64,000 nt of DNA. It comes from Gammaproteobacteria bacterium (GTDB lineage Bacteria > Pseudomonadota > Gammaproteobacteria > Eutrophobiales > Eutrophobiaceae). Positions 1 to 10,659 of this stretch are shown here, piece after piece. The stretch's first letter is position 1; each line of letters opens with the position of its first letter. Where the stretch lies: positions 576,001-640,000 of the forward strand of contig OZ220696.1 of assembly GCA_965116495.1 (NCBI GenBank), read 5' to 3'. The position numbers were made by a program, and so were the translations under genes. The notes below the pieces were generated by a model that worked only from the letters and a program-made list of their open reading frames with translations, was not told the DNA's origin and made no database searches.

Positions 1-1
1 T

Positions 2-868
2 ATCAGTAATCGGAAGAACGGACCTTTTATTGCCGTTAATTGTGCTGCCATACCGGAAGAATTGATCGAATCGGAATTGTTCGGTGTCGAAAAAGGCGCT
101 TATACAGGGGCCCAGAAGTCACGCCCGGGAAGATTCGAACGCGCTCACAACGGTACTTTATTTCTGGATGAAGTAGACAAACTGTCGGAAGCTGCGCAAA
201 CGAAACTGTTACGTGTTTTGCAAAACCATGAACTGGAACGGGTTGGCGATGTACGTGCACGTAAGGTAAATGTCAGGATTATCACCGCATCCAATACCAA
301 TCTTGAAGATCTGGTAAAACAAGGCCGTTTCCGGAAAGACCTGTATTTTCGCCTCAATATATACCCTGTAATCATCCCTACTTTACGTCAACGCAAAGAA
401 GATATTCCCATGCTGGCGAGCCATTTTATTGAGAAACACAGTACAAGATATGGAAAATACGGGATTGAGATAGATGATGAAGCCATGCAAGGACTACTTA
501 ATTATGATTGGCCCGGGAACGTCCGTGAATTTGAGAATGTCATTGAACGCGGAATTATCCTCGCAAATAAAAATGAGAAAATCAAACTCTCCCATCTTCT
601 GTTCAGTACAATGGATTCGGACACCAGGGATGAAGTGCCGGATACGTCTGAAGAAGTTCAAATAAACACTGCCGAAAATATGACAGATGAAATCATAGAG
701 AATGCGCCGGAATTTCCAAAGTTTGAACAGATTGAAGCAATGTTATTAGAGAAAGCCCTGCAGAGAGCTAACGGAAATGTCAGTAAGGCAGCAAAAATGC
801 TGGGTCTGACCCGGCCGCAATTTGCCTACCGGCTGAAAAAAATCAATAGCACCGCTCAATACAGCTGA
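2..868 (+). CDS. Sigma54-dependent transcriptional activator (XylR/DmpR/TouR-like), 5'-truncated by the window edge
   Basis: Frame is open from base 2 ([28 protein letters not shown]). GAYTGA loop, LFLDEV Walker [10 protein letters not shown] and a C-terminal Fis-type HTH; adjacent to the monooxygenase clusters. Confidence 0.92.
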   Translation: MSNRKNGPFIAVNCAAIPEELIESELFGVEKGAYTGAQKSRPGRFERAHNGTLFLDEVDKLSEAAQTKLLRVLQNHELERVGDVRARKVNVRIITASNTNLEDLVKQGRFRKDLYFRLNIYPVIIPTLRQRKEDIPMLASHFIEKHSTRYGKYGIEIDDEAMQGLLNYDWPGNVREFENVIERGIILANKNEKIKLSHLLFSTMDSDTRDEVPDTSEEVQINTAENMTDEIIENAPEFPKFEQIEAMLLEKALQRANGNVSKAAKMLGLTRPQFAYRLKKINSTAQYS

Positions 869-874
869 CTGTTG

Positions 875-1936
875 TTATGGATGAATCAGTACTTTAAGCA
901 CATTGTCCTGTTTTTCATTGAAAACCAGAAATGCCTCATTAATCTGTTGCAGTGAATATTCGTGGCTGAATAATGTACCTGGATTGACTATGCCGCGCTC
1001 AATCAGGCTTAAACTCTTCTGCATAAAGGGTTGCACATTGGCAAAACCATTCATGTGCAGGCTTATATCACGCAAAAAAACATCTGCCAGGTTCAGGTTG
1101 AATTCCTGGTCACAGAATACGCCAATTGCTGCAATGGTTCCGCCCGGTCGAATCAGATCGAGAGACATTTGCAGGGATTCTTGCGAACCGACAACTTCAA
1201 TTATTTTATCGAAGCCTCGGTCTTGACTGTAGCTCATGGCCTGTTTTTTCCAGTCAGTGTCAGTTATGTTTACACTTGAGGCCTCTTTTTGTTCCGCACA
1301 AACCAGGCGATGAGAAACATTGTCAAGCGCGACTACTTTCCCCGGCGCCTTCTGCATAATAATATCCAGCGCCATCAGGCCCGTAGGGCCGCAACCGATC
1401 AAGGCTACGGTTTCTTCGGGCTGTATATCGGCCAGGTTATTAGCTATTAAAGCAGATGGAAGGTTACATGATAAGGTAACTGCTGCTGCATCAGTTACCG
1501 TTTCAGATATTTTCAGGGCGTGAGCATCGGCATACGGTATAGTCATTAATTCAGCGTGCGTACCGTTCAAATTACCAAACGGAACGCCAAAGCCGTAAAC
1601 CCCTTTTTGAGTGGTTTCGCAATGTGCTGTCTGGCCTGCATTACACATGTAACACTCGCCGCATGAACAGGAATAGGCCATAGTGACTCTGTCGCCGGCT
1701 TGAAATCTGTCTACGGCATTTCCGGTTTCCAGTACCTCTCCCACCAATTCATGCCCGGTTTGAGATTTGCCATTGTCCATAATCGCGTCCAGAGTTCCAC
1801 GATATAAATGCAGGTCCGAACCACAAATAGACGTTGCTTTGACTTTTACCAGTATTTCATGAGGGTGTTTGATTTCAGGAGCGCTGATATCAGTACACCG
1901 TATATCTTCAGGTCCAAAATAAATTGCCGCCTTCAT
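875..1936 (-). CDS. Zinc-dependent alcohol dehydrogenase (MDR family)
   Basis: ICGSDLH and GHE catalytic Zn motifs; CxxCxxCxxxxxxxC structural Zn motif; GCGPTG Rossmann motif. Confidence 0.9.
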   Translation of the reverse strand: MKAAIYFGPEDIRCTDISAPEIKHPHEILVKVKATSICGSDLHLYRGTLDAIMDNGKSQTGHELVGEVLETGNAVDRFQAGDRVTMAYSCSCGECYMCNAGQTAHCETTQKGVYGFGVPFGNLNGTHAELMTIPYADAHALKISETVTDAAAVTLSCNLPSALIANNLADIQPEETVALIGCGPTGLMALDIIMQKAPGKVVALDNVSHRLVCAEQKEASSVNITDTDWKKQAMSYSQDRGFDKIIEVVGSQESLQMSLDLIRPGGTIAAIGVFCDQEFNLNLADVFLRDISLHMNGFANVQPFMQKSLSLIERGIVNPGTLFSHEYSLQQINEAFLVFNEKQDNVLKVLIHP

Positions 1937-2173
1937 AAATTCTACTCCTGATTATTATTGGGAATAATTTTATAGCGAAATGTCTTAATCAGTTGAACTC
2001 TACATGAAAATCAGGTTTTCTCCCTGATGCCTATTCCTCTATAACCTTACGATACACTGAGTATTTTTCAAGTGATCAATCTCGATATCACAAATGTTAT
2101 GATATAGTGAAATACTAATTATAAGTTAGCGGCATATGAGCCTATCAGACTGATTATATTGATAAAATATAAT

Positions 2174-2188
2174 TGGCATGATTTGTGT
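2174..2188 (+). promoter_or_regulatory. Possible sigma54 -24/-12 promoter of the toluene monooxygenase operon
   Basis: TGGCATGATTTGTGT: good -24 element and imperfect -12 (GT instead of GC). It lies in an AT-rich intergenic region, and a sigma54 activator is encoded nearby. Confidence 0.4.
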
Positions 2189-2317
2189 ATTGTTATTTGC
2201 ATACATGTTGAAAATCTGTACTGGATTTTTATGATTAATGCTCTGCACATGGTTTCCCGAAAGAATATCCCAGTTTTTTTGGAAGCATTATAGAGCAATA
2301 AGAACGGGGTAAATACG

Positions 2318-3820
2318 ATGGCAATAATCGACCGTAGAGAATGGTACGACCTGTTAAGAACGACAAACTGGTCTCCAAAATATGTTTCTGAAGAGGAATT
2401 ATATCCAGAATCCATGTCAGGCAGTCGTGGCATGAGTCTTGAAGATTGGGATGTCTATGATGAACCGTACAAAGTTACCTATCCCGAATATGTCGAAACT
2501 CAACGTGAAAAGGATTCCGGCGCCTATTCCGTCAAGGCGGCATTAGAGAGAGACAGATTCATCGATCGGGCTGACCCCGGCTGGGTCAGTACATTACAGG
2601 CACATTATGGTGCAATTGCTTTGGGTGAATATGGTGCGGTATCGGGTGAAGCCAGGATGGCCCGCTTTTCAAAGGCGCCGGGAAATCGCAACATGGCAAC
2701 ATTTGGAATGATGGATGAGATGCGCCATACGCAATTGCAGTTGTTTTTCCCTCATGCCCATTGTAAATCCAGTCGCCGCTGGGATTGGGCGCATAAAGCA
2801 CTGCATACCAACGAGTGGGCCGCAATAGCCGCGCGCCATCTGTTTGAGGATATGATACTTACACGTGATGCCATCAGTACCGGCATTATGTTGACTTTCG
2901 CTTTCGAGACAGGGTTTACCAATATGCAGTTTCTTGGTCTTGCTGCTGATGCTGCCGAGGCGGGAGATCATACATTTTCCAGTCTGATATCCAGCATCCA
3001 GACTGATGAATCACGTCACGCGCAACAGGGAGGTCCCATGGTCAAGTTGCTGGTGGAGAAAGGTCTGAAGGATGATGCGCAAAAGTTGGTAGACATAGCA
3101 TTCTGGCGCTCATGGAAGTTATTTTCCGTATTAACCGGACCAATAATGGATTACTACACACCATTGGAATTCCGTAAACAATCTTTCAAGGAATTTATGG
3201 AAGAATGGATTATAGGCCAGTTTGAACGAAATCTTCTTGATCTTGGTCTGGACAAACCGTGGTATTGGGATGAATTTTTACGGGCCCTGGACGAAACCCA
3301 TCACGGTATGCACATAGGTGTGTGGTATTGGCGTCCTACGGTCTGGTGGAAGCCGAGAGCAGGTGTTAATCCAGACGAACGCGAATGGCTTGAAGAAAAA
3401 TATCCGGGATGGAACTGTAATTTCGGTCGGATCTGGGACGAGATTATCGAAAACCTGGTCAATGACAAACCTGAATTAACGCTCCCGGAAACCCTTCCAG
3501 TGATCTGTAATATGTCGAATATTCCGATTGTCGGCACACCGGGAGATGGCTGGAACCTTAAAGACTACCCTCTCGAATATAACGGCAGGTTATACCATTT
3601 TGGTTCAGCACCGGATCGATGGTGTTTTGAACAGGAGCCGGAACGTTATGCCGGTCATTTGAACTTTATCGACCGCTTCCTTAATGGTTTGATACAACCG
3701 ATGGACTTGAACGGAGCGTTGGATTATATGGGACTGGCCCCTGGCGAGATTGGCGAGGATGCTTATGATCTGAGCTGGATAGATGAATACAAAGAGATGG
3801 TTCATAAGAAGGCAAGTTAA
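2318..3820 (+). CDS. tmoA: Toluene monooxygenase hydroxylase alpha subunit (TmoA/TouA)
   Basis: Di-iron ligands E104, DEMRH and DESRH; FETGFTNMQF segment; 500 aa; first gene of an A-F cluster. Confidence 0.96.
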   Translation: MAIIDRREWYDLLRTTNWSPKYVSEEELYPESMSGSRGMSLEDWDVYDEPYKVTYPEYVETQREKDSGAYSVKAALERDRFIDRADPGWVSTLQAHYGAIALGEYGAVSGEARMARFSKAPGNRNMATFGMMDEMRHTQLQLFFPHAHCKSSRRWDWAHKALHTNEWAAIAARHLFEDMILTRDAISTGIMLTFAFETGFTNMQFLGLAADAAEAGDHTFSSLISSIQTDESRHAQQGGPMVKLLVEKGLKDDAQKLVDIAFWRSWKLFSVLTGPIMDYYTPLEFRKQSFKEFMEEWIIGQFERNLLDLGLDKPWYWDEFLRALDETHHGMHIGVWYWRPTVWWKPRAGVNPDEREWLEEKYPGWNCNFGRIWDEIIENLVNDKPELTLPETLPVICNMSNIPIVGTPGDGWNLKDYPLEYNGRLYHFGSAPDRWCFEQEPERYAGHLNFIDRFLNGLIQPMDLNGALDYMGLAPGEIGEDAYDLSWIDEYKEMVHKKAS

Positions 3821-3847
3821 TTTTACCGGTTAGAGCAAGGTGTTGAT

Positions 3848-4108
3848 ATGGCCGCATTCCCGTTATTTTCAAATTTTCAACATGATTTCGTTATTCAGCT
3901 TGTTCCCGTTGATACCGAAAACACCATGGATGAGGTTGCAGAAGCAGCGGCCTATCATTCCGTTGGCAGGCGGGTTGCAGCACAACCTGACAAAGTATTA
4001 CGTGTTCGAAAGCAGGACGCTGAAGAATTCTTTCCACGCAATATGAAAGTCAAGGACAGCGGTCTTAAACCCACCGAAACGGTTGAAATTATTTTTTCCG
4101 ATGAATAG
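3848..4108 (+). CDS. tmoB: Toluene monooxygenase gamma subunit (TmoB/TouB)
   Basis: [30 protein letters not shown] signature; 86 aa; synteny. Confidence 0.92.
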   Translation: MAAFPLFSNFQHDFVIQLVPVDTENTMDEVAEAAAYHSVGRRVAAQPDKVLRVRKQDAEEFFPRNMKVKDSGLKPTETVEIIFSDE

Positions 4109-4125
4109 ATCCTTTGCCTGCCGTC

Positions 4126-4464
4126 ATGCCGTTCGAAAAAATATGCACACTTGATGATGTATGGGAGGGCGAAATGGAATCATTCGAAACACCGGATGGC
4201 ACGGAAGTATTGATTATGGTGCTTGAGGGGGGTGACGTTAAGGCTTATCAGGCAATGTGTCCACACCAGAGAATCGCCCTGGTTGAAGGGGAATTTGATG
4301 GTACGCGGCTGATCTGTCGCGCTCATCTCTGGCAGTTCGATTGTAAATCGGGTAAAAGCATTAACCCGGATGATTGCCGGTTGGCTGAATACCCTATCAA
4401 AATTAAGGACGATGAGTTGTTTGTTAATACAGAAGGCGTCATACCTTTTGTTGCTCATACCTGA
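4126..4464 (+). CDS. tmoC: Rieske ferredoxin (TmoC/TouC)
   Basis: CPH...CRAHLWQF Rieske ligands; ATG at 4126 preferred as start. Confidence 0.92.
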   Translation: MPFEKICTLDDVWEGEMESFETPDGTEVLIMVLEGGDVKAYQAMCPHQRIALVEGEFDGTRLICRAHLWQFDCKSGKSINPDDCRLAEYPIKIKDDELFVNTEGVIPFVAHT

Positions 4465-4515
4465 TACTGATTGAAATCAATCCTGATGAAGAAGCTAATT
4501 ACAAGGTTAAATTAA

Positions 4516-4818
4516 ATGAGCGGTGATGCCTCTGAAAATAATAGAGTAGGTCCGATAATAAGGTCAGGTGAAGTTGCGCAAGCCGTGGCGGAGGCCGTCG
4601 AAATTGATAATCCGGATAAGGAAATATTTGTGGACGATAAGGTGGCTTACGTAAGAATCGCTATGGAGAATGAATGTATTTTGCGAAAGGAAACCATGGA
4701 AGAAATCCTGGGCCGCGAATTTGAAATGCGGGAACTGGAAATTAATCTCAGTTCATTTGCCGGCCGGATTGAAACCACACCTGACTATGTGCGTTTCTAT
4801 TTTGAGAAAGTACTTTAA
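4516..4818 (+). CDS. tmoD: Monooxygenase effector protein (TmoD/TouD, MmoB/DmpM family)
   Basis: [29 protein letters not shown]. Confidence 0.92.
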   Translation: MSGDASENNRVGPIIRSGEVAQAVAEAVEIDNPDKEIFVDDKVAYVRIAMENECILRKETMEEILGREFEMRELEINLSSFAGRIETTPDYVRFYFEKVL

Positions 4819-4878
4819 TTTGTATCAATACCGTGGCAGCAGTAAAAAACCGAAGCCAAAATTCAAAGAGTAACAACC

Positions 4879-5868
4879 ATGAATAAGATGCCGGAACCCT
4901 TAAAGCCATTGAAAACATGGTCTTATCTCGCGGGAAACAGACGCCGCCCCAGTGAATACGAAATTGTATCCACTAATTTGCATACCAGTCTCGATAACCC
5001 TGAGCAACCATGGGAAATGGACATCAATACCCATATGAATCAATGGTATCTGAAATACAGGAATAACAGTCCGCTGCAGATGGGTGACTGGGATCTATTC
5101 AAGGATCCCGATCAGCTTATATATCGTACCTATAATATTCTGCAGGACGGACAGGAAACCTATGTAAGGAGCTTGTTCGACCAGTTTAGTGACAGAGAGC
5201 ACGATAAATCTCTGGACCAGGAATGGGTGGAACTGTTGTCCAGGGCTTACAGCCCGGTTCGTTATCTTTATCATGGCCTGCAGATGGGGTCGGCTTATAT
5301 AGCCCAGATGGCGCCTGCTAGCACTATTACTAACTGCGCCGTATTTCAGACGGCTGATTCTCTTCGCTGGTTAACACACACGGCATACCGTACGCGTGAA
5401 CTTTCTATTACCTACCCGGATATCGGCTTTGGCCAAAAAGAAAAACAACACTGGGAAGAGCATGCGGGTTGGCAGGGCTTCAGAGAACTGGTTGAGAAAG
5501 CTTTGGTAGCCTGGGATTGGGGGGAAGCGTTCGTTGCCATCAATCTGGTACTCAAGCCGACAGTAGATGCTTCAATACTTCATCAACTCGGAAATGCCGG
5601 CAGGCAGCAGGGCGACACCTTGCTTGGTTTATTAACGGATGCCCATTTACGTGACAGTGAGCGCCACAATCGGTGGTCAACTGCACTGGTTAAATTTGCT
5701 TTGGAAAATGAAGGCAATAAAAAGGAATTATCTGAATGGTATGAAACCTGGATGCCTTTAGGTCTGGCTGCGGCCAGAGCATATTGTTCAATGTTGCCGG
5801 AGGAAGATGAGGCGGCGGACCAAGCCCGGCAGGCATTAGAGAATGTAAAGGTACGGCTTGATATCTAG
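4879..5868 (+). CDS. tmoE: Toluene monooxygenase beta subunit (TmoE/TouE)
   Basis: LKPLKTWSYL..RRRPSEYEIVSTNLH and DPDQLIYRTY motifs. Confidence 0.94.
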   Translation: MNKMPEPLKPLKTWSYLAGNRRRPSEYEIVSTNLHTSLDNPEQPWEMDINTHMNQWYLKYRNNSPLQMGDWDLFKDPDQLIYRTYNILQDGQETYVRSLFDQFSDREHDKSLDQEWVELLSRAYSPVRYLYHGLQMGSAYIAQMAPASTITNCAVFQTADSLRWLTHTAYRTRELSITYPDIGFGQKEKQHWEEHAGWQGFRELVEKALVAWDWGEAFVAINLVLKPTVDASILHQLGNAGRQQGDTLLGLLTDAHLRDSERHNRWSTALVKFALENEGNKKELSEWYETWMPLGLAAARAYCSMLPEEDEAADQARQALENVKVRLDI

Positions 5869-5907
5869 TTTAACGTAAATTAATTCTACCCGTTTGCGAA
5901 GTAAATC

Positions 5908-6936
5908 ATGTCATATTCAGGTTTTAATATTCAAATTGAAGATCAGGAAGAATCCTATATTTGTGATGCCAATGACACAATTCTTCGCAGTGCGTTACGT
6001 GCCGGTCTGGGTTTCCCCTATGAATGCAATTCAGGATGTTGCGGTAGTTGTAAATTTGAACTTGTTGAAGGTGATGTAAACACAATTTGGGAAAATGCAC
6101 CCGGTCTTTCTCACCGGGATATTCGTAAAGGAAGAAAACTTGCCTGCCAATCCATACCACAGGGTGACTGTATTATCAAAACCAGCCCTGATGACAGGTT
6201 TTGTCCTAAAAACAAACCCATTCGCGTATCTGCTGAGCTTTATCGTGTAAATCAACTGACGGCAGACATGGCGGAGTTTTGTTTCAGGACAAGACAGGCT
6301 GCCGATTTCCTCCCTGGTCAATACGCCTTGTTACAAATAAACAATGTATCTGGAGTCCGCGCGTATTCAATGTCCAATCTACCAAACACTGACGGTGAAT
6401 GGCATTTTATTATAAAGAAGATAGAGAATGGCGCAGCAACACAGAGAATTTTCGAAAAAATCAGGGTTGGGGACACAATAAAACTTGATGGACCCTATGG
6501 ACTCGCTTATTTACGTGCGGACAGCCCTCGCGACATAGTCTGTATCAGCGGTGGTTCCGGACTATCACCAATAATGTCGATCATAAGAGCTGCTGTCCGA
6601 GACCCGAAACTGAACGATAAAATAATATATCTATTTTATGGCGGTCGCGCACCCACTGATATTTGCGTGCCGAAATTAATTTCGGATGAAAATGAATTAA
6701 ATAATCGAATCATTAATCTGAATGCAATATCCGAACCGGCCTTGGATCCAACCGGTGTTTGGGGGGGAGAAATTTGTTTTGTCCATGAACTGGTTGAGAA
6801 GAAGCTTGCAACGACCATGCAAAACTATGAATTTTATTTTTGTGGTCCAATGAAGATGACGGAGACTATAGCCCGAAAACTGATGATTGACTATCAAGTA
6901 CCGTTTGAACAACTTCATTATGATCGCTTCTTTTAG
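5908..6936 (+). CDS. tmoF: Monooxygenase NADH:ferredoxin reductase (TmoF/TouF)
   Basis: CNSGCCGSC 2Fe-2S motif, RAYS FAD motif, GGSGLSP, YFCGP. Confidence 0.92.
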   Translation: MSYSGFNIQIEDQEESYICDANDTILRSALRAGLGFPYECNSGCCGSCKFELVEGDVNTIWENAPGLSHRDIRKGRKLACQSIPQGDCIIKTSPDDRFCPKNKPIRVSAELYRVNQLTADMAEFCFRTRQAADFLPGQYALLQINNVSGVRAYSMSNLPNTDGEWHFIIKKIENGAATQRIFEKIRVGDTIKLDGPYGLAYLRADSPRDIVCISGGSGLSPIMSIIRAAVRDPKLNDKIIYLFYGGRAPTDICVPKLISDENELNNRIINLNAISEPALDPTGVWGGEICFVHELVEKKLATTMQNYEFYFCGPMKMTETIARKLMIDYQVPFEQLHYDRFF

Positions 6937-7086
6937 CCCTGTATGGCTATAGTTTTTAATAGGATAATGTCATATAAATCAGTGTGTTGTAGTATGTCTT
7001 TATGAGATGCTGAGTTAATGCCGTCCCGATAACGCATTGCTTGATGATTGAGATGGTTTAATCTGGTCGACGAAGGTGATAAATCA

Positions 7087-7443
7087 ATGCAGATTTTGCT
7101 GATACTCTGGGAACCCAACGAAAAATGGTTTTCTCTGCCGCAGGATGAGCAGGTTGACTATTTGCGCTCTCTTGATGACGCCATAAACGCGGCACGCAGC
7201 AGTGGCGTTATGACGTTGGGATGGAGTAGAGTGGATCGTAGCTTGAACAAGGCACCGAAACAGGGGTACGTCGGTGTGTTTGCCATGAGTTCGGCGCAGG
7301 ATATCCGGGTACTTGACAGCAACATTCAACAATCCCAATGGTATGACTATTTTGACTCCGTTAATATCAGCATCAACCTGGAGGGAGAGACTGAGCCTGA
7401 ACCGCACAGGGTCTATGCAAAGCTGTTGGGTATGGAAATATGA
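7087..7443 (+). CDS. Small hypothetical protein, DUF6616-like
   Basis: GAAGGTG RBS upstream. The W..L...EQ..Y / GV.TLGW / WYDYF..VN pattern was recalled from DUF6616 and has not been verified. Confidence 0.6.
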   Translation: MQILLILWEPNEKWFSLPQDEQVDYLRSLDDAINAARSSGVMTLGWSRVDRSLNKAPKQGYVGVFAMSSAQDIRVLDSNIQQSQWYDYFDSVNISINLEGETEPEPHRVYAKLLGMEI

Positions 7444-7516
7444 AAAATATATCGATTTTCTATAAAAAAATCGATTTTATCAGGATTTCAGGGATGACAA
7501 ATAGCAAAAATCGGCT

Positions 7517-7735
7517 ATGATTAAAACGCAAACGCGCTATGTGTGCATCACCAGCAGAGACAGACCTGGTTTCGTGGAGTTTAATTTTTCCATCGGTGAC
7601 CCGTCTCTTTACCTGGAAATGATTTTGCCGATTGGGGCATTTGATGAATTTTGTAGTTCAAACCACGTGACGTTTCTCACAGATCAGCAGGCTGAAGCAG
7701 TAGCGCAACAGCAGGATAAATGGCGTTACGGTTAA
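7517..7735 (+). CDS. dmpK: Phenol hydroxylase assembly subunit (DmpK/P0)
   Basis: RYV..GFVEFNFSIGDPSLYLEMILP..AFDEFC..N.V; ends in WRYG. Confidence 0.9.
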   Translation: MIKTQTRYVCITSRDRPGFVEFNFSIGDPSLYLEMILPIGAFDEFCSSNHVTFLTDQQAEAVAQQQDKWRYG

Positions 7736-7788
7736 CCAATCAGGTGCATATGACAAGCAGGAATTAGAAATTTTCAGGTCTCATTCAG

Positions 7789-8781
7789 ATGTCTATCGAT
7801 ATTAAAACGACAAAAATAGAACCAAGAAGGGTCACGTTCGACACCGTTGCGAATAAGCTGGGTGAGGGCAAGACGCCCAACCGTTATCAAGAGGTAATGA
7901 TCGGGGTCCAGCAGGAAGAGGTGTTTCACTATCGCCCCACCTGGGATCCGGAACATGAAGTTTTCGATGCTGATCGCACTGCTATTAATATGAAGGATTT
8001 CGATGACCTGGTGGACCCGCGGCAATATTATTACGGCACATACGTCATCCAAAGATCTAAGCAGCAGGAATCCCTTGAAAAGAATTTTTCCGTGGTCGAG
8101 AAACGGGGTTTGCTGACTGCCCTGGATACAAGTCTGATTGAGAAGATAAAGAAGGTCGTCGTGCCGTTCCGTCATGCAGAGTGGGGGGCGAATACCAATA
8201 ACCTGTTCATTTCGGCTTACGGTTTCGGTACGCCTATGCCTATCGCCGCTGATTTTCAAGGTATGGATCGGCTCGGAAATGCCCAGTACATCACACGTAT
8301 TGGGTTAATTTTGTCAAATAATGATCCGGCGGTGCTGGATCAGGCCAAGTCAGACTGGCTGGATGAGCCTATGTGGCAACCGTTACGTAAAGTGATTGAA
8401 GACAGTTTTGTCATTAAAGACTGGTTCGAGTTGCACGTGCTACAGAATTATCTCCTCGACGGTATATTGCAACCCCTGTTGTTCCAGCATTTTGATAATG
8501 AAATTGTCAGCGAAGGAGGGGCGGCCCTTGCCATGGTCACGGAGTTTTTTGTGGAGTGGTATGCCGAGGCAACGCGTTGGACTGATCATACGATCAAAAC
8601 GGCTGCCGGTGAGTCCGCCGGGAACAAGGCGCTGATAGAAGGATGGCTGAGCAGGTGGCAGCCGGAGGCCGTGAAGACCGCAGAGCCGTTGGCGGAATAT
8701 ATATTCGCCTCGCGCAGTGCTGACGTGATGGAGCAAATAACTACCCGGCTGGATGCAAGATCCAAAAAAATCCTGGGATAA
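7789..8781 (+). CDS. dmpL: Phenol hydroxylase beta subunit (DmpL/P1)
   Basis: IDIKT..IEPRR.TF, RYQE, FHYRPTWDP, DPRQYYYGTY. Confidence 0.93.
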   Translation: MSIDIKTTKIEPRRVTFDTVANKLGEGKTPNRYQEVMIGVQQEEVFHYRPTWDPEHEVFDADRTAINMKDFDDLVDPRQYYYGTYVIQRSKQQESLEKNFSVVEKRGLLTALDTSLIEKIKKVVVPFRHAEWGANTNNLFISAYGFGTPMPIAADFQGMDRLGNAQYITRIGLILSNNDPAVLDQAKSDWLDEPMWQPLRKVIEDSFVIKDWFELHVLQNYLLDGILQPLLFQHFDNEIVSEGGAALAMVTEFFVEWYAEATRWTDHTIKTAAGESAGNKALIEGWLSRWQPEAVKTAEPLAEYIFASRSADVMEQITTRLDARSKKILG

Positions 8782-8785
8782 GATC

Positions 8786-9058
8786 ATGGCGCAAAACGTT
8801 TTTATCGCACTACAGAACAACCCGGACGCCCAGCCGATTATAGAGGCAATCGTCGATGATAATCCTGCTGCGGTGGTGAATGACTCGCCGGGGATGGTAA
8901 AAATAGATTGCCCGAAACGCCTGGTGATCAGACGCGAAACCGTCGAAGAGAAAATCGGCAGGGAATTCAACCTGCAGGATATTCATCTTACCTTGATTTC
9001 CCTGGCAGGGAACATCGAGGAAGATGATGACGAATTTGTTTTACAGTGGAATATTTAA
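8786..9058 (+). CDS. dmpM: Phenol hydroxylase regulatory component (DmpM/P2)
   Basis: VFIALQ.N.DA.PIIEAI..DNP...PGMVKID...LISLAGNI; ATG at 8786. Confidence 0.92.
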   Translation: MAQNVFIALQNNPDAQPIIEAIVDDNPAAVVNDSPGMVKIDCPKRLVIRRETVEEKIGREFNLQDIHLTLISLAGNIEEDDDEFVLQWNI

Positions 9059-9070
9059 ATTAATTTATGA

Positions 9071-9097
9071 CTGGATTCCGGCTTGCGCCGGAATGAC
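9071..9097. repeat. REP-like palindrome (CTGGATTCCGGCTTGCGCCGGAATGAC)
   Basis: ATTCCGGC/GCCGGAAT stem. The reverse strand reads VIPAQAGIQ, a common proteobacterial palindromic element type. Confidence 0.7.
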
Positions 9098-9115
9098 GGA
9101 TGAGAGGTATACAGC

Positions 9116-10642
9116 ATGACAGATAAACCCAGACGGCTCAACCTGAATCAGAAATATCAACTCATGACCCGGGGGTTGGATTGGGAGACCACTTACCAGG
9201 CCATGGACGACGTATTCCCGTACGACAAGTATGAAGGGATCAAGATAAAAGACTGGGACAAATGGCAGGATCCGTTCCGCCTGACCATGGATGCCTACTG
9301 GAAATACCAGTCCGAGAAGGAACGGAAATTGTATGCCGTCCTTGACAGCTTCGCCCAGAATAACAGCCAGCTCAACATTTCCGACGCCCGCTACATGAAT
9401 GCCGTCAAGCTCTGGATGCAGGGGATTACGCCACTGGAGTATGCGGCTTACCGTGGTTTTTCCATGCTGGGACGCGGTTTCCGCGGCGCCGGCGCCCGGG
9501 TCGCCTGCCAGTTCCAGTCCATAGACGAAATGCGTCATTACCAGACCCAGATGCATGCCTTCAGCCATTACAATAAATATTTCAACGGCTTCAGGCAATA
9601 CGCAAGAATACGCGACCGGGCCTGGTACCTGTCCATTCCCAAGAGTTATTTTGAAGATGCGGTGACCGCCGGTCCGTTTGAGTTAATCACCGCCATTTCG
9701 TTTTCCTTTGAATACGTGTTGACCAACCTGTTGTTCATGCCGTTCGTCTCCGGTGCGGCCTATAACGGTGATATGGCCACAACGACCTTCGGTTTCTCCG
9801 CCCAGTCCGATGAGTCGCGCCATATGACGCTGGGCCTTGAAGTCATCAAGTTCATGCTGGAACAGCACGAAGACAACCTGCCCATTGTCCAGGGATGGCT
9901 GGATAAATGGTTCTGGCGCGGCTACCGCCTGCTCGGATTGGTTGGCACCATGATGGATTACATGTTGCCCAAGAAAGTGATGTCCTGGCGCCAGGCCTGG
10001 GAGATTTACTGGGAAGAAAGTGGAATGGCATTGTTCAATGACCTGTCCCGGTATGGTTTAAGGCCTCCCAAATATCATGAAGTGGCGACCAAGGAAAAAT
10101 ACCGCATTACCCATGAATTCTGGTCCACCATTTACCAGTTTAGCCATGCCACGGCGCTGTATACCTGGATACCGAACACGGAGGAACTGGACTGGTTGTC
10201 GGCGGAGTACGGCGAGTTGTTCGATACCGTATATCGCCCGCGTTATGAATACTGGGACGAGTTGGACAAGACGGGTGAGCGATTCTTCCAGAAACGCCTG
10301 CCCGTGGTATGCAATGTGTGCCAGATACCCATCTTCCACACCATGCCGGACGACCCGCTCAAGAACTGCTGCCTGGTAACTGAATACAAGGGCACCAAGC
10401 ACCAGATGTGTTCTCAGGGTTGCAAGGATATTTTTGATCACGAGCCGGAGAAATATTGCCAGGCTTATATTCCACCGCAACAGATTTACCAGGGGAATTG
10501 CGGTGGCGCCACGCTTGAAGCATACAAAGAGTGGTTACATATAAAGGAAGAGGAGACGGGTGAGTATTACGGATCGGAAGATCACAAGATGTGGGAACAA
10601 TGGAAAGCCCAGGCTGGTAAAACGGCCGACACGGTCGTCTGA
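9116..10642 (+). CDS. dmpN: Phenol hydroxylase alpha subunit (DmpN/P3)
   Basis: DPFRLTMDAYWKYQ, QSIDEMRH, QSDESRHMTLG, and C-terminal CNVCQIP/CSQGC. Confidence 0.96.
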   Translation: MTDKPRRLNLNQKYQLMTRGLDWETTYQAMDDVFPYDKYEGIKIKDWDKWQDPFRLTMDAYWKYQSEKERKLYAVLDSFAQNNSQLNISDARYMNAVKLWMQGITPLEYAAYRGFSMLGRGFRGAGARVACQFQSIDEMRHYQTQMHAFSHYNKYFNGFRQYARIRDRAWYLSIPKSYFEDAVTAGPFELITAISFSFEYVLTNLLFMPFVSGAAYNGDMATTTFGFSAQSDESRHMTLGLEVIKFMLEQHEDNLPIVQGWLDKWFWRGYRLLGLVGTMMDYMLPKKVMSWRQAWEIYWEESGMALFNDLSRYGLRPPKYHEVATKEKYRITHEFWSTIYQFSHATALYTWIPNTEELDWLSAEYGELFDTVYRPRYEYWDELDKTGERFFQKRLPVVCNVCQIPIFHTMPDDPLKNCCLVTEYKGTKHQMCSQGCKDIFDHEPEKYCQAYIPPQQIYQGNCGGATLEAYKEWLHIKEEETGEYYGSEDHKMWEQWKAQAGKTADTVV

Positions 10643-10659
10643 TAAACGGGTCAAGCAAG

